A stretch of 64,000 nt of DNA from Fretibacterium fastidiosum (GCF_964642095.1 NZ_OZ209244.1:1765106-1829105); one strand, 5' to 3'. Shown: positions 20,427-31,167, counted from the first letter of the stretch. The notes: generated by a model not told the origin, from the letters alone. Numbers and translations are program-made.

Positions 20427-21569
20427 ATGAAGTGCTTTCGAGCTCTCGGTTTCGTCTTGGCGTGCCTCCTCGTCGGCCTGCAGACCGCGGGGGCGACGGC
20501 CTCCGTCAACCTTCAGGACATGGACTTCACCAAACTGCACCCCAGGGTCCGCATCAAGGACATCGCGGATATCGAGGGCGCACGGGACAACCAGCTGACG
20601 GGGGTCGGGCTGGTGACGGGCCTGCGGGGGACGGGTGACAACTCCGCCATGACGACCCACATGATGCGGAACATGATGCGCAACTTCGGCGTGACGCTGG
20701 CCCCGAACGAGGTAAAGACTCGAAACGTCGCGGTGGTTTCGCTGACGGCGACGCTTCCGCCCTACGCGCGTCCGGGGCAGAGGATCGACGTGAGCGTCAA
20801 CGCCATCGGCAACGCTCAGAGCCTTCAGGGAGGGACCCTGATACAGGCCCCCCTTCACGCTGCGGATGGCAACGTCTATGCGGTGGCCCAAGGCTCCGTG
20901 CTGGTGGGGGGATGGGCGGCGGACGGAAGCTCCGCTTCGACGACGAAGAACGTCCCCACGGTGGGGCGCGTCCCCAGCGGGGCGATCGTGGAGAGGGATG
21001 TCCCCTCGGACTTCACCCTGGGGGGGCAGATGGCGCTTCTCCTGCGCGACCCGGATTTCACCACGGCTCAGCGCGTCGCCGACGCGATCAACCAGAAGTT
21101 CGGGGCCATCGCGTCCCCCGTGGACGCGGGGCGGGTGGCCGTCAACCTTCCGGGGCAATACCTGGCGGCTCCCACGGCCTTCCTCGCCAACGTGGAGCGG
21201 CTTGAGATCACGCCGGACATGGTGGCCAGGGTGGCCGTGAACGAGAGGACGGGGACGGTGGTGATGGGCGGCAACGTGCGCATCAGCTCGGTGGCGGTGG
21301 CGCACGGGAACCTGACCGTGTCCGTGAAGGACGACCCGAACGTCGTGCAGCCGGAGGCGTTCAGCGGCGGAGAGACGCGCGTTGAAATCCGGACGGACAT
21401 CACGGTGAACGAGGACGGGGCCAGCATGATCGCGATGCCGGCCACCACGACGGTCCGCGACATGGTGCGCGTGCTGAACGCCATAGGGGCGACGCCGAGG
21501 GACATCATCACGATCCTTCAGGCGATCGACAAGGCGGGCGCGCTGCACGGCCAGCTGGTGAACATGTAG
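20427..21569 (+). CDS. flgI: flagellar P-ring protein FlgI
   Basis: 380 aa. Signal peptide. RIKDIADIEGARDNQLTGVGLVTGL...typical FlgI. Confidence 0.9.
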   Translation: MKCFRALGFVLACLLVGLQTAGATASVNLQDMDFTKLHPRVRIKDIADIEGARDNQLTGVGLVTGLRGTGDNSAMTTHMMRNMMRNFGVTLAPNEVKTRNVAVVSLTATLPPYARPGQRIDVSVNAIGNAQSLQGGTLIQAPLHAADGNVYAVAQGSVLVGGWAADGSSASTTKNVPTVGRVPSGAIVERDVPSDFTLGGQMALLLRDPDFTTAQRVADAINQKFGAIASPVDAGRVAVNLPGQYLAAPTAFLANVERLEITPDMVARVAVNERTGTVVMGGNVRISSVAVAHGNLTVSVKDDPNVVQPEAFSGGETRVEIRTDITVNEDGASMIAMPATTTVRDMVRVLNAIGATPRDIITILQAIDKAGALHGQLVNM

Positions 21570-21583
21570 GAGGGGACGGGGAG

Positions 21584-21985
21584 ATGACGATCGACGCCCT
21601 GCGGGAGAGCGCCTCCCGCGCGGGTCGCGCGCGGAGGACGGAGGTCGATCCGGAGGTCCACCGGTCGAAGGAGGCCGGGCGGCTCCGGGAGTCCTGCCAG
21701 CAGTTCGAGTCCATCCTGTGGGCGAAGCTGTGGAAGGAGATGCGGAACACGGCGCGCTCTTTCACCACCTCAAAGGACCGGCCCTGGAAGCAGATGGAGG
21801 ACCTGTCGTTGGAGATGGCCTGCGACGAACTGGTGGAGAGGTCGGGAGGCGCGGGCCTGTGGAAGATGCTCTACGACAGCATGATCGAGCGCGTCGCCGC
21901 GGAACAGGAGCGGGAGCGAGCGGACGGCGAAGGGCAGGACGCCGGGGACGCGGAGGCCCCCGTCTCCTTTGACGCCCGCGCATGA
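21584..21985 (+). CDS. flgJ: flagellar rod-binding protein (FlgJ N-terminal domain only, no muramidase domain)
   Basis: 133 aa. QQFESILWAKLWKEMR motif of the rod-binding domain. Follows flgI. Confidence 0.7.
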   Translation: MTIDALRESASRAGRARRTEVDPEVHRSKEAGRLRESCQQFESILWAKLWKEMRNTARSFTTSKDRPWKQMEDLSLEMACDELVERSGGAGLWKMLYDSMIERVAAEQERERADGEGQDAGDAEAPVSFDARA

Positions 21986-22424
21986 GGCCCTGCCCTGGTG
22001 GAGCGAGGGCCTTCGCTTTGGGTGCTTCGGATGTGGCCGTTGCTGTCGCTGGGGGCCCGGAGCGGTTTTCTTTTCCGAGGAGGAGGGGCGTGCCGTCGTG
22101 GAGTTCCTCGGCATCGACCCCTCGGACTTCAAGCGCCGCTTCGTCACGATGCGGTGGGGAAGCCCCAGCTTCGCCGAGCGGTCGAACGGCCACTGCGTCT
22201 TCTACGATGCCGGGAGCGCGCGGTGCCTCATCTACGCGGTGCGGCCCGAACAGTGCCGCTCCTTCCCCTTCTGGCCGGAGCTCCTCCAGTCGCGCGCGGC
22301 GTGGGACGCCGAAGCCCGCCGTTGTCCCGGCATGAACGAGGGCCCGCTTCGCAGCGCGGCGGAGATCGAGGAATGGACCCGCAGCGCCCGAAATTGGCTT
22401 GCGGCGCGGGAGGGCGGCCGGTGA
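21969..22424 (+). CDS. YkgJ/UPF0153 family Fe-S/zinc-chelating protein (CxxCxxCC)
   Basis: FGCFGCGRCC motif plus downstream conserved Cys residues. 151 aa. Overlaps the flgJ stop. Confidence 0.6.
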   Translation: MTPAHEALPWWSEGLRFGCFGCGRCCRWGPGAVFFSEEEGRAVVEFLGIDPSDFKRRFVTMRWGSPSFAERSNGHCVFYDAGSARCLIYAVRPEQCRSFPFWPELLQSRAAWDAEARRCPGMNEGPLRSAAEIEEWTRSARNWLAAREGGR

Positions 22425-22453
22425 CGGGATGACGTTAAAACTCTCGAAGCCAA

Positions 22454-22482
22454 TTGACAGAAGTCCCCAAGTGTCCTACACT
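22454..22482 (+). promoter_or_regulatory. sigma-70-like promoter upstream of glpF (TTGACA-17-TACACT)
   Basis: TTGACA at 22454-22459, a 17-bp spacer, then TACACT at 22477-22482. A ~135-nt leader precedes glpF. Confidence 0.5.
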
Positions 22483-22618
22483 AAAATTGTCTGTGGATTC
22501 AAACTTAAGCCGTTGCTCTTGGAAGGTGTTTTCTTCGTTATGCTGTTGTGTGTTGTGGGAAGCCCGAGTTTTGGGCGGAGTTCGTCATGAACCGGCAGGT
22601 CATAAGGAGGAAATTGAG

Positions 22619-23353
22619 ATGCAGTCTTGGTTGGGTCCTGTTTTTGGCGAGTTTTTCGGTACGTTGGTGCTCATCGTGTTCGGCGACGGCGACGTCGCGG
22701 CGACGGCGCTGAAGGGATCGAAGGGCGAGGGAGCGGGCTGGGTCCACGTGAACTGGGGCTGGGCATGGGCCGTCGTGATGGGCATCTTTGCCGCCCAGGC
22801 GACGGGATCGCCCCAGGCGGACATCAACCCTGCCGTCACCCTGGCGAAGTTCATGGCCGGGACCTACGCGGCGAACGAGGCCCTGGTGGTCATGGCCGCG
22901 CAGTTCGTCGGCGCTTTCCTTGGGGCGGTCATCGTCTACTTCGCCTATCTGAACCACTGGGAGGGGACGGCTCCGGACGCGCAGCTCGCCGTGTTCTGCA
23001 CGGGGCCGGCCAGGAGGAATTACCCCTGCAACTTCCTGACGGAGGTCATCGCCACGTTCTTCCTGGTGACAGGCATCATGTGCATCTTCTCGAAGGGCGT
23101 CGGCGGGCAGGGCGGCTGGATGGGCGCCTTCATGGTGGGTGGCCTGATCTACGTCCTCGGCGCTGCGCTGGGCGGCCCCACGGGCTACTCCATGAACCCC
23201 GCGCGCGACTTTGGTCCCCGCGTGGCACACTTCGTCCTCCCGATGGCCGGCAAGCGCGATTCCGATTGGGGCTACGCCTGGGTTGGCACGATCGGCCCCT
23301 GGGCCGGTGCCGCCGTTGCGTTCTTCTTCTGCCGCGCTTTTGGGTTGATGTAG
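22619..23353 (+). CDS. glpF: glycerol uptake facilitator (MIP/aquaporin family)
   Basis: ATG at 22619 after AAGGAGG. Two NPA boxes (INPAVT, MNPARD). Six TM segments. The listed ORF at 22454 is an upstream extension. Confidence 0.88.
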   Translation: MQSWLGPVFGEFFGTLVLIVFGDGDVAATALKGSKGEGAGWVHVNWGWAWAVVMGIFAAQATGSPQADINPAVTLAKFMAGTYAANEALVVMAAQFVGAFLGAVIVYFAYLNHWEGTAPDAQLAVFCTGPARRNYPCNFLTEVIATFFLVTGIMCIFSKGVGGQGGWMGAFMVGGLIYVLGAALGGPTGYSMNPARDFGPRVAHFVLPMAGKRDSDWGYAWVGTIGPWAGAAVAFFFCRAFGLM

Positions 23354-23465
23354 CGTTTTTCGGGGCCGGGGGCTTTTGTCCTCCGGCCCTCTTTCGTCCA
23401 TGGAGGCCGGCTGCCGCACTCAACGGGGCGGGAGGTCGGTCCGTTTGCGTAAAGGAGGTTTTGTC

Positions 23466-24998
<1,533 letters not shown>

Positions 24999-25060
24999 GT
25001 CGGCTCCGGCTGTCCCGCGCCGCCGGCCGCTTCCTGCGCGGCAAATGAAGGTCAACGAAC

Positions 25061-25096
25061 GGGCAGCCCGCTCAACCCTGGGCTGCCCGCCTTTGT
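25061..25096 (+). terminator. possible intrinsic terminator after glpK (9-bp GC stem, weak T tract)
   Basis: GGGCAGCCC-gctcaaccct-GGGCTGCCC followed by GCCTTTGT. Confidence 0.35.
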
Positions 25097-25127
25097 AGCA
25101 CAGGCAATGTGGGGAGGGGGTAACACA

Positions 25128-26621
25128 ATGTCCCGCGAAGAGTTTGACGTCGCCATCATAGGCGGGGGCGTCGTGGGGGCGAGCCTGGCGCGCGAGCTCA
25201 CCCGCTGGAGGGTGCGCGTCGTCGTCCTGGACAGGGCAGCGGAGCTGCCGTCGGGAGCCAGCCGCGCCAACAGCTCCATGATCCACGGCGGCTTTGACGA
25301 TTCGCCGAACACCCTGAAGGCGCGCTTCTGTCCGGAGGGGAACCGCATGTACCACGCGCTGAAGGACGAGCTGGACTTCCACCTGGACGAGTGCGGTTCC
25401 TACGTCTGCGCCTTCGACGACAAGGACATGGCGCACCTGGAGAAGCTCCTGGTGCAGGGCAGGGCGAACGGGGTCCCCGGACTGGAGATCGTGACGAGGG
25501 AGAGGCTGCGCGGGAACGAGCCTAACGTTTCACCCGACGTCAAGGCGGCTCTGTGGTCGCCGACGGCGGCCATCGTCAACAACTTTGAGGCGGTCGTGGC
25601 CTTTATGGAGAGCGCGAAGATCAACGGCGCCGTCCTTCGGCTCGAAACGCGGGTTACGGGCCTGATGCTGGACGACCGGGGGGAGGTGCGGGGCGTTGAA
25701 ACGGACCGCGGCCCCGTGTACGTCCCGATCGTGGTCAACGCCGCGGGGGTTCACTCCGAGGAGGTCGCCTCCTGGGCGGGCGAGCCGGACTTCCACATCA
25801 CACCGACCCGCGGCGAGTACTTCCTGCTGGACCGCACGGCGGGGGACTTCGTCACGAGCTTTCTCTTCGCCTGCCCGTCGGAACGGGGCAAGGGCGTCAC
25901 CGTGGCCCGCACGGCGGAGGGCAACCTGCTGGCGGGCCCCACCGCCACGGTCCAGAAGGACAGGGACGACACCGCGACGACCCCGGAAGGACTGGCGCAG
26001 GTGCTGGAGGGGGCGCGGCGCCTCGTGCCCAACTTCCCCGTGAACCTGAACATCACCACCTTCGCCGGCGTCCGGGCCAACACGGACACGGGGGACTTCG
26101 TCATCGAGGCGCTGAAGGCGCCCCGCGGCTTCGTGAACGTGGCGGGGATCAAGTCGCCGGGTTTCACGTCGGCCCCGGCCATCGCCGTCCACGTGGCGGA
26201 GATGATCCGCGCGGAGCTGGGGGACCGAGCGTCGTTTGAGCCCAACCCCCATTTCGTTCCGGAGCGGCGCGGCATCCCCCGGTTTGCGGAGCTCCCGATG
26301 GAGGAGCGCGCACGGCTGGCGAGGGAGGACCCCGCCTGGGGACAGATCGTCTGCCGCTGCGAGACGGTGACGGAGGCTCAGGTGCTGGAGGCCATCCGGC
26401 GCGGCGCGCGGACCGTTGCGGCCGTCAAGATATGGACCCGCGCGGGGGCGGGCCGCTGCCAGGGCGGCTTCTGCTGCCCGCGGGTGGCGGAGATACTGGC
26501 GCGGGAGCTTCAAATCCCCTTGACCGAGGTCACGCGGCACGGCGGGAACTCCCGGCTCCTGCTGGGCGGGGCGAAGGAGTTCCTTCTCGACGAGGGGCGA
26601 GGAGAGGAGGCGCGGTCATGA
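25128..26621 (+). CDS. FAD-dependent glycerol-3-phosphate dehydrogenase-like oxidoreductase with C-terminal BFD-like [2Fe-2S] domain (GlpA-like)
   Basis: N-terminal DVAIIGGGVVG FAD fold. C-terminal CRCETVTE...CQGGFCC BFD-like motif. ATG at 25128 after GGGGAGGGGG. First gene of a three-gene set. Confidence 0.75.
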   Translation: MSREEFDVAIIGGGVVGASLARELTRWRVRVVVLDRAAELPSGASRANSSMIHGGFDDSPNTLKARFCPEGNRMYHALKDELDFHLDECGSYVCAFDDKDMAHLEKLLVQGRANGVPGLEIVTRERLRGNEPNVSPDVKAALWSPTAAIVNNFEAVVAFMESAKINGAVLRLETRVTGLMLDDRGEVRGVETDRGPVYVPIVVNAAGVHSEEVASWAGEPDFHITPTRGEYFLLDRTAGDFVTSFLFACPSERGKGVTVARTAEGNLLAGPTATVQKDRDDTATTPEGLAQVLEGARRLVPNFPVNLNITTFAGVRANTDTGDFVIEALKAPRGFVNVAGIKSPGFTSAPAIAVHVAEMIRAELGDRASFEPNPHFVPERRGIPRFAELPMEERARLAREDPAWGQIVCRCETVTEAQVLEAIRRGARTVAAVKIWTRAGAGRCQGGFCCPRVAEILARELQIPLTEVTRHGGNSRLLLGGAKEFLLDEGRGEEARS

Positions 26622-27868
26622 ACGGCAAGGACAGGATCGACGTCCTGATCGTGGGGGCGGGACCGGCCGGCATCGCGGCGGGGATCGGGGCGCGCCGGGC
26701 CGGCGCGGAGCGCGTCGTCGTGGCCGAGCGGGACTGGGACCTTGGCGGCATCCTTCAGCAGTGCATCCATCCGGGCTTCGGGCTGCGCACGTTCAAGGAG
26801 GAGCTGACGGGGCCGGAGTACATGCACCGCTTCGTTCAACAGGCACGGGAGGCGGGGGTGGAGTTCCTCACCAACACGATGGTCTTTCGGATGGACCCGG
26901 ACGGGGGGCTCTGGACGATGAACCGGGAGCGCGGGATCGAGCGCCTGACGGCGGGCGCGGTGGTGCTGGCCATGGGATGCCGCGAGCGCCCTCTGGGGGC
27001 CATCCGCGTTCCGGGCACCCGACCCGCCGGGATCTACACCGCCGGAACGGCACAACGCTTCGTCAACATGGAGGGCGGGATGCCGGGCAGGCGGGCGGTC
27101 ATCCTGGGGTCGGGGGATATCGGCCTGATCATGGCCCGCCGCATGGTGTGGGAGGGCGCGTCCGTCGAGGGGGTCTACGAGGTCATGTCCTGGGCGGGTG
27201 GCCTGAGGCGCAACATCGCGCAGTGCCTCGACGACTACGGCATCCCCTTCCACCTGGAGACGACGGTGACCCGCGTGCACGGCCACGACCGCCTGGAGGG
27301 GGTGACGGTGGCGAAGGTGGACGAACGCCGCGCGCCCATCCCCGACACCGAACGATTCGTCCCCTGCGACACGCTCCTGCTGGCCGTGGGGCTCATCCCG
27401 GAGAACGAGCTCTCGCGCATGGCGGGCCTCGCGATCCACCCCGTCACGGGTGGCCCCGTGGTGAACGACCTGCTGCAGACCAGCCGCCCCTCCGTCTTTG
27501 CGGCGGGCAACGTGTCGATCGTCTACGACCTCGTGGACAACGTGAGCGACGAGGGGCTGAGGGCCGGGGAGAACGCGGCGCGCTACGCCCGCGGCGAGCT
27601 GTCCGCGGCGCGGGCCATTCCAGTGCGCGGCGGCGAAAACGTCCGCCTCTTCCTGCCCCAGTGCGTGACGGGGGAGACGGACGTCACGATCTACATGCGC
27701 GTCACCCACCCCATCGAGGGAGCGTGTCAGGTAACGGCGGAGCCGGGGCTGTTCTCCCGGCGCCTGCGCTACGCCCGCCCCGGAGAGATGTGCGAGGCGC
27801 ACATTGAGGCGCAGCGGGTCCGCGCGGCGAACCCCGAAGAGATCGTGGTGGACGTCCAGCCGGCCTGA
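26618..27868 (+). CDS. pyridine nucleotide-disulfide (FAD/NAD) oxidoreductase, partner of the GlpA-like subunit
   Basis: ATG at 26618 overlaps the upstream stop (ATGA). DVLIVGAGPAGIAAG and a second GSGDIGL Rossmann motif. 416 aa. Confidence 0.75.
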   Translation: MNGKDRIDVLIVGAGPAGIAAGIGARRAGAERVVVAERDWDLGGILQQCIHPGFGLRTFKEELTGPEYMHRFVQQAREAGVEFLTNTMVFRMDPDGGLWTMNRERGIERLTAGAVVLAMGCRERPLGAIRVPGTRPAGIYTAGTAQRFVNMEGGMPGRRAVILGSGDIGLIMARRMVWEGASVEGVYEVMSWAGGLRRNIAQCLDDYGIPFHLETTVTRVHGHDRLEGVTVAKVDERRAPIPDTERFVPCDTLLLAVGLIPENELSRMAGLAIHPVTGGPVVNDLLQTSRPSVFAAGNVSIVYDLVDNVSDEGLRAGENAARYARGELSAARAIPVRGGENVRLFLPQCVTGETDVTIYMRVTHPIEGACQVTAEPGLFSRRLRYARPGEMCEAHIEAQRVRAANPEEIVVDVQPA

Positions 27869-28031
27869 TACCAATTCGCGTTTAAAGAAGGGCAAGAAAG
27901 GCCCCCCTGCAAGGGGGGCTGCCCCGAAGGGGCTGGGGGGTGTTGAGTAGGCTAAGAGCGAACCCCTCCGCCGCCCTTGGCGGCACCTCCCCTTTCAGGG
28001 GAGGCAATCCACATTAGACGCGATTTGGTAT
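27868..28031. repeat. MITE-like repeat copy A (~164 bp, terminal inverted repeats ATACCAATTCGCG / CGCGATTTGGTAT, three internal GC hairpins)
   Basis: Nearly identical core (GGCAAGAAAGGCCCCCCTGCAAGGGGGGCTGCCCCGAAGGGGCTGGGGGGTGTTGAG ... CCCCTTTCAGGGGAGGCAAT) recurs at 58278-58434 and inverted at 54178-54611. Here it sits between the oxidoreductase gene and the DUF1667 gene. Confidence 0.8.
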
Positions 28032-28075
28032 GAGCCAGTGCGTTGACGGGACCGGAAGGGATCGGTGGTGCTGGA

Positions 28076-28444
28076 ATGACGAGGGAACGGAAGTTTATCT
28101 GCGTCTCCTGCCCTCTGGGCTGCGGGTTGACCGTGGCGTTGGACGGGGACGCGATCGTGAGCGTGAGCGGCAACAGTTGCCCGCGGGGCAAGACCTATGC
28201 TGAGTCCGAGGTGAAGAACCCCTGCCGGGTGTTTGCCTCCACGGTGCGGGTGAAGGGCGGCCGGCTGCCCGTCTGTCCCGTGCGGAGCCGGACCCCGGCG
28301 CCCAAGGGGAAGCTCCTGGACATCGCGCGGGCCGTGGGGGAGCTGGAGGTCCCGGCGCCCATCGCAATCGGACAGACGATCCTGAAGGGCGCCTGCGGCA
28401 CGGACGTGGACATCGTCGCGAGCCGCGACCTGTCCGCTTTGTAG
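28076..28444 (+). CDS. DUF1667 domain protein (third component of the GlpA-like oxidoreductase set)
   Basis: ATG at 28076. Cys-rich FICVSCPLGCGL...CPRGK motif. 122 aa. Confidence 0.7.
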   Translation: MTRERKFICVSCPLGCGLTVALDGDAIVSVSGNSCPRGKTYAESEVKNPCRVFASTVRVKGGRLPVCPVRSRTPAPKGKLLDIARAVGELEVPAPIAIGQTILKGACGTDVDIVASRDLSAL

Positions 28445-28519
28445 GCCCATCTGCGGGCGGGGGGAGCGCGCCGTGTGCGATGGTCGTTTAAGGGGGCGTC
28501 GGTTGACGGGGCGGGGGCG

Positions 28520-30874
28520 CTAAACCGCACCCTTCGTGTCTCCCTCCCCCTGCGGGGCCGCATGGCCCAGGAGGCGCGCCTGCTCCCGGACCCGCCGGCG
28601 CACCATCTCGACGAAGCGCTCCGGCCCCAGCACCCGGACGAGGGGGCCGAACGCCAGGACGCGGATCAGGAGCTCTTTCTCGTCCTGGGTGTCATAGAGG
28701 ATGTGGAGCAGGCGCTCCCCGCTGGGTCCGGTTTGGGGACGGCAGGGGAAGCTGGCGAAGTGCAGAAGGGCCCGCTCCATGGCCTGCCGTTCCTCCGTCA
28801 GCAGCAGCACGACCGGCTCCGTCCGCGCTGAAGGGAGGGCCGCGCCCTCGGCTGCAGCGTACCTCGTGCCGAGGACGGCGCACTGGATGCGCGCCAGGTT
28901 GATCGTCTCTTCCCAAGCCGGTAGCCCTGGGTCGGCGCGCCGGGCGAGGAGGCGGAACCGGTCGTCCTTCAGGGAGTATTGAAGCCTTCGGGGCAGGAAG
29001 TTCCCGCGGACCTCGCGACCGTGCCCCGACGTGAAGCGCGCCCACAGGAGCCGCCCCTCCCGAAGGGACGTCAGGACCGTGCGAAAGACGCTGCGGTATT
29101 CCTCGTCCCGGAAGGGATCGGGGTCGTGGGAGCGGTCGAAGGCGCAGAGGTCCGAGGCCCGGAAGAGCGGCGCAGCCCCGCTCAGCCGGGCCTTCGCGCG
29201 GCGCAGGGCCTCCGGCTCCAGAAAGAGCCCCATCCGTTCGTCCTCCAGCAGCGCGGCGAGCCATCGCCGTTCCAGCGTGGAGAGCGGGCGGCGAACGGAG
29301 CGGAGACGGGGGACGAAGGCACGGTCGGCCCCCCTTTGAAAGAGCGGCCATTCCCCCTCCGTCAGGGGAGGGAGCATCAGGGCGGGGGTCTCGGCGAAGC
29401 CCCACCGGGCGACGCGCCGTCGGATCGCCTCCAGGGTCAGGGGGCCTTCCCGGTCGGCCCGCTCCAGCAATCGGGCCGCGATGACGTAGTAGCGCCCGAA
29501 GGCCTCGTGAAAGAGCGCGTCCGCTGCCCTGCACCGCCCGCCGTCGCTTGCGGCGTTCCCCTTCGAGCCGCTGCGGGCCGTTCTTGGCACCGAACCCTCC
29601 TTCGGCATCGGGCCGCAGGGGACGGACCCGCCGTCGCCGGAGTAGAGCGCCTCCATGCGGCGGAGGTCGTCGTGGAAGCGCCGCAGCATCCGTCGGTTGT
29701 CGCCTTTCAGGCTCAGAATCCGTCCCGTGAACGTCCGCAGGAAGGGAAGCATCTCCATGGAGTCCGACGCCCGCCGCTCGTAGACGATCGTCCCGTCGGG
29801 CCGCTCCGTCACACTCCCCCCGCGCCCCTCTCGTTTTAGGCGCTCTGCTACGTAGCGCTCCCTCCGTCCCTCCGTGGTCAGGACCATGCGCACCCGCTCC
29901 TCTCGAAGTGGGTAGGGAAGGCTGGCTCCCCACAGGCGGGGGAGGAGGGCGTCGAAGGCCTGCCGCTTGGCCTCGAAGTCGGGGACAGGCTCCCCCAGCC
30001 GCGCCGAATCCACGCGGTCCAGCCGGATCAGGGTGAAGCGCCCGCCCCGGTGCAGGACGCCGTAGCGCCGCCCGCTCTGAAGCCCGAACAGGGCCTTGAC
30101 CGGCGTCCCGGAGACGGTGCGGTCGCGGAGCTTCAGGACGACCTCCCGACCCTCGGCCGTGGCCGTGAGCAGGGTCAGGAGGACCGCGTCGTCCAGCGTG
30201 TGGACCAGGAAGTCGTGCTTGAAGCGAAAGAGGACGTTGACCCGCCCCAACTCGTCCTGGATGCGGGCGCCGATCTGTCCGAAGGGAGCCGCCTCCGTGA
30301 ATAAATCGACGGCCTCCAGCAGGTCCCCGCCCAGGTCCTCCGCACACAGGGGCGCGAGTCGGAACCGCTGGCGGCGTCCCGAATCGACCTCCTCCACAAG
30401 CCCCAACTCCGCGTACTCCTTCAGCTTCAGGCGCACCGTCGCGGTGCCGAAGACCTCGCCCCAGCGCTCCGCCAGGGCGTCAGTCGCCTCGTCCGCCGCG
30501 AGGGACGCACCGTCGCTCAGGAGGTCCAGCAGCAGGAAGTGGAGCAGAATGTCGTTTCGGGTGAAGCTCTTGGTCGCCCACAGGGCGTAGAGCGGGTTGC
30601 GCGGTTCGTCCGCGGCGTCCAGGCAGAGGGAGACGGCGCGGCCGCCCGGCGCGGGGGTGCGGCGCATCGAGTCGCCAAGCCAGCTCTCGATGCGCCGCCG
30701 CTCGTTGTCGTAGCTTCGCCTCGCCTCGTACTCCTCGCGGGTCCGGTAGCCGAACAGGTAGAAATCCCGAAGATAGCGGCGCGCCCGATCCAGGCTTTTG
30801 ACAAGCTCCGAAAAACGCATCTCCTTTCCCCCTTCGTCCTGAAACGGGGCCTCCCGGCCCCTTTCGTTCAGCAT
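28520..30874 (-). CDS. tandem wHTH-WYL-WCX transcriptional regulator (fused PafBC-like, 784 aa)
   Basis: Two consecutive modules. Each has an N-terminal HTH-like segment and WYL-like beta-rich cores (...YGVLHRGGRFTLIRLD..., ...LLWARFTSGHGREVRGNFLPRRLQYS...). C-terminal ...DGTIVYERRASDSMEMLPFLRTFTGRILSL / ...LLHILYDTQDEKELLIRVLAFGPLVRVLGPE resemble the PafC WCX domain. Confidence 0.55.
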   Translation of the reverse strand: MLNERGREAPFQDEGGKEMRFSELVKSLDRARRYLRDFYLFGYRTREEYEARRSYDNERRRIESWLGDSMRRTPAPGGRAVSLCLDAADEPRNPLYALWATKSFTRNDILLHFLLLDLLSDGASLAADEATDALAERWGEVFGTATVRLKLKEYAELGLVEEVDSGRRQRFRLAPLCAEDLGGDLLEAVDLFTEAAPFGQIGARIQDELGRVNVLFRFKHDFLVHTLDDAVLLTLLTATAEGREVVLKLRDRTVSGTPVKALFGLQSGRRYGVLHRGGRFTLIRLDRVDSARLGEPVPDFEAKRQAFDALLPRLWGASLPYPLREERVRMVLTTEGRRERYVAERLKREGRGGSVTERPDGTIVYERRASDSMEMLPFLRTFTGRILSLKGDNRRMLRRFHDDLRRMEALYSGDGGSVPCGPMPKEGSVPRTARSGSKGNAASDGGRCRAADALFHEAFGRYYVIAARLLERADREGPLTLEAIRRRVARWGFAETPALMLPPLTEGEWPLFQRGADRAFVPRLRSVRRPLSTLERRWLAALLEDERMGLFLEPEALRRAKARLSGAAPLFRASDLCAFDRSHDPDPFRDEEYRSVFRTVLTSLREGRLLWARFTSGHGREVRGNFLPRRLQYSLKDDRFRLLARRADPGLPAWEETINLARIQCAVLGTRYAAAEGAALPSARTEPVVLLLTEERQAMERALLHFASFPCRPQTGPSGERLLHILYDTQDEKELLIRVLAFGPLVRVLGPERFVEMVRRRVREQARLLGHAAPQGEGDTKGAV

Positions 30875-31034
30875 ACCATGCCGCCTCCCCCCGCGTATCC
30901 CAAAGTTCGCAAGTTTTTTTGAATGAACTTTTTGCCCCGATCGGTTATCCTGTATTCAGCGCGTCGGGGGACCTCAAAAAAGTCCGGCGGCGCCCTTGAG
31001 CACTGCTCCTGGGCGTTCCGCTGAGCCGCCGCGA

Positions 31035-31167
31035 GGAATCCTGGGGTTGCGGGTTCGAATCCCGCTCCGGTCGGGAGGCCGGATAGCTCAAAGGCAGAGC
31101 GCAGGGCTGAAGTTGCGGGTTCGAATCCCGCTCCGGCCGGGAGGCCGGGTAGCTCAATGGTAGAGTT
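31035..31167 (+). other. cluster of tRNA-derived remnants: 3' tRNA fragment (31035-31078), 66-nt tRNA-like unit lacking an anticodon arm (31079-31144), 5' tRNA fragment (31145-31167)
   Basis: T-arm GCGGGTTCGAATCCCGC is repeated twice with acceptor 3' halves TCCGGTC/TCCGGCC. 5' halves GGCCGGATAGCTCAAAGGCAGAGC and GGCCGGGTAGCTCAATGGTAGAG. No complete cloverleaf can be built. Confidence 0.6.

Noticed and set aside
22454-22618. N-terminal 55-aa extension of glpF ORF starting at 22454
   Set aside because: The extension spans the putative promoter and the AAGGAGG RBS. The MIP channel begins at [15 protein letters not shown].
27868-28031. Possibility that the GC-hairpin repeats are a CRISPR array
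   Set aside because: Only single dispersed copies ~26 kb apart, no regular spacer-repeat periodicity, no cas genes, and TIR structure instead.
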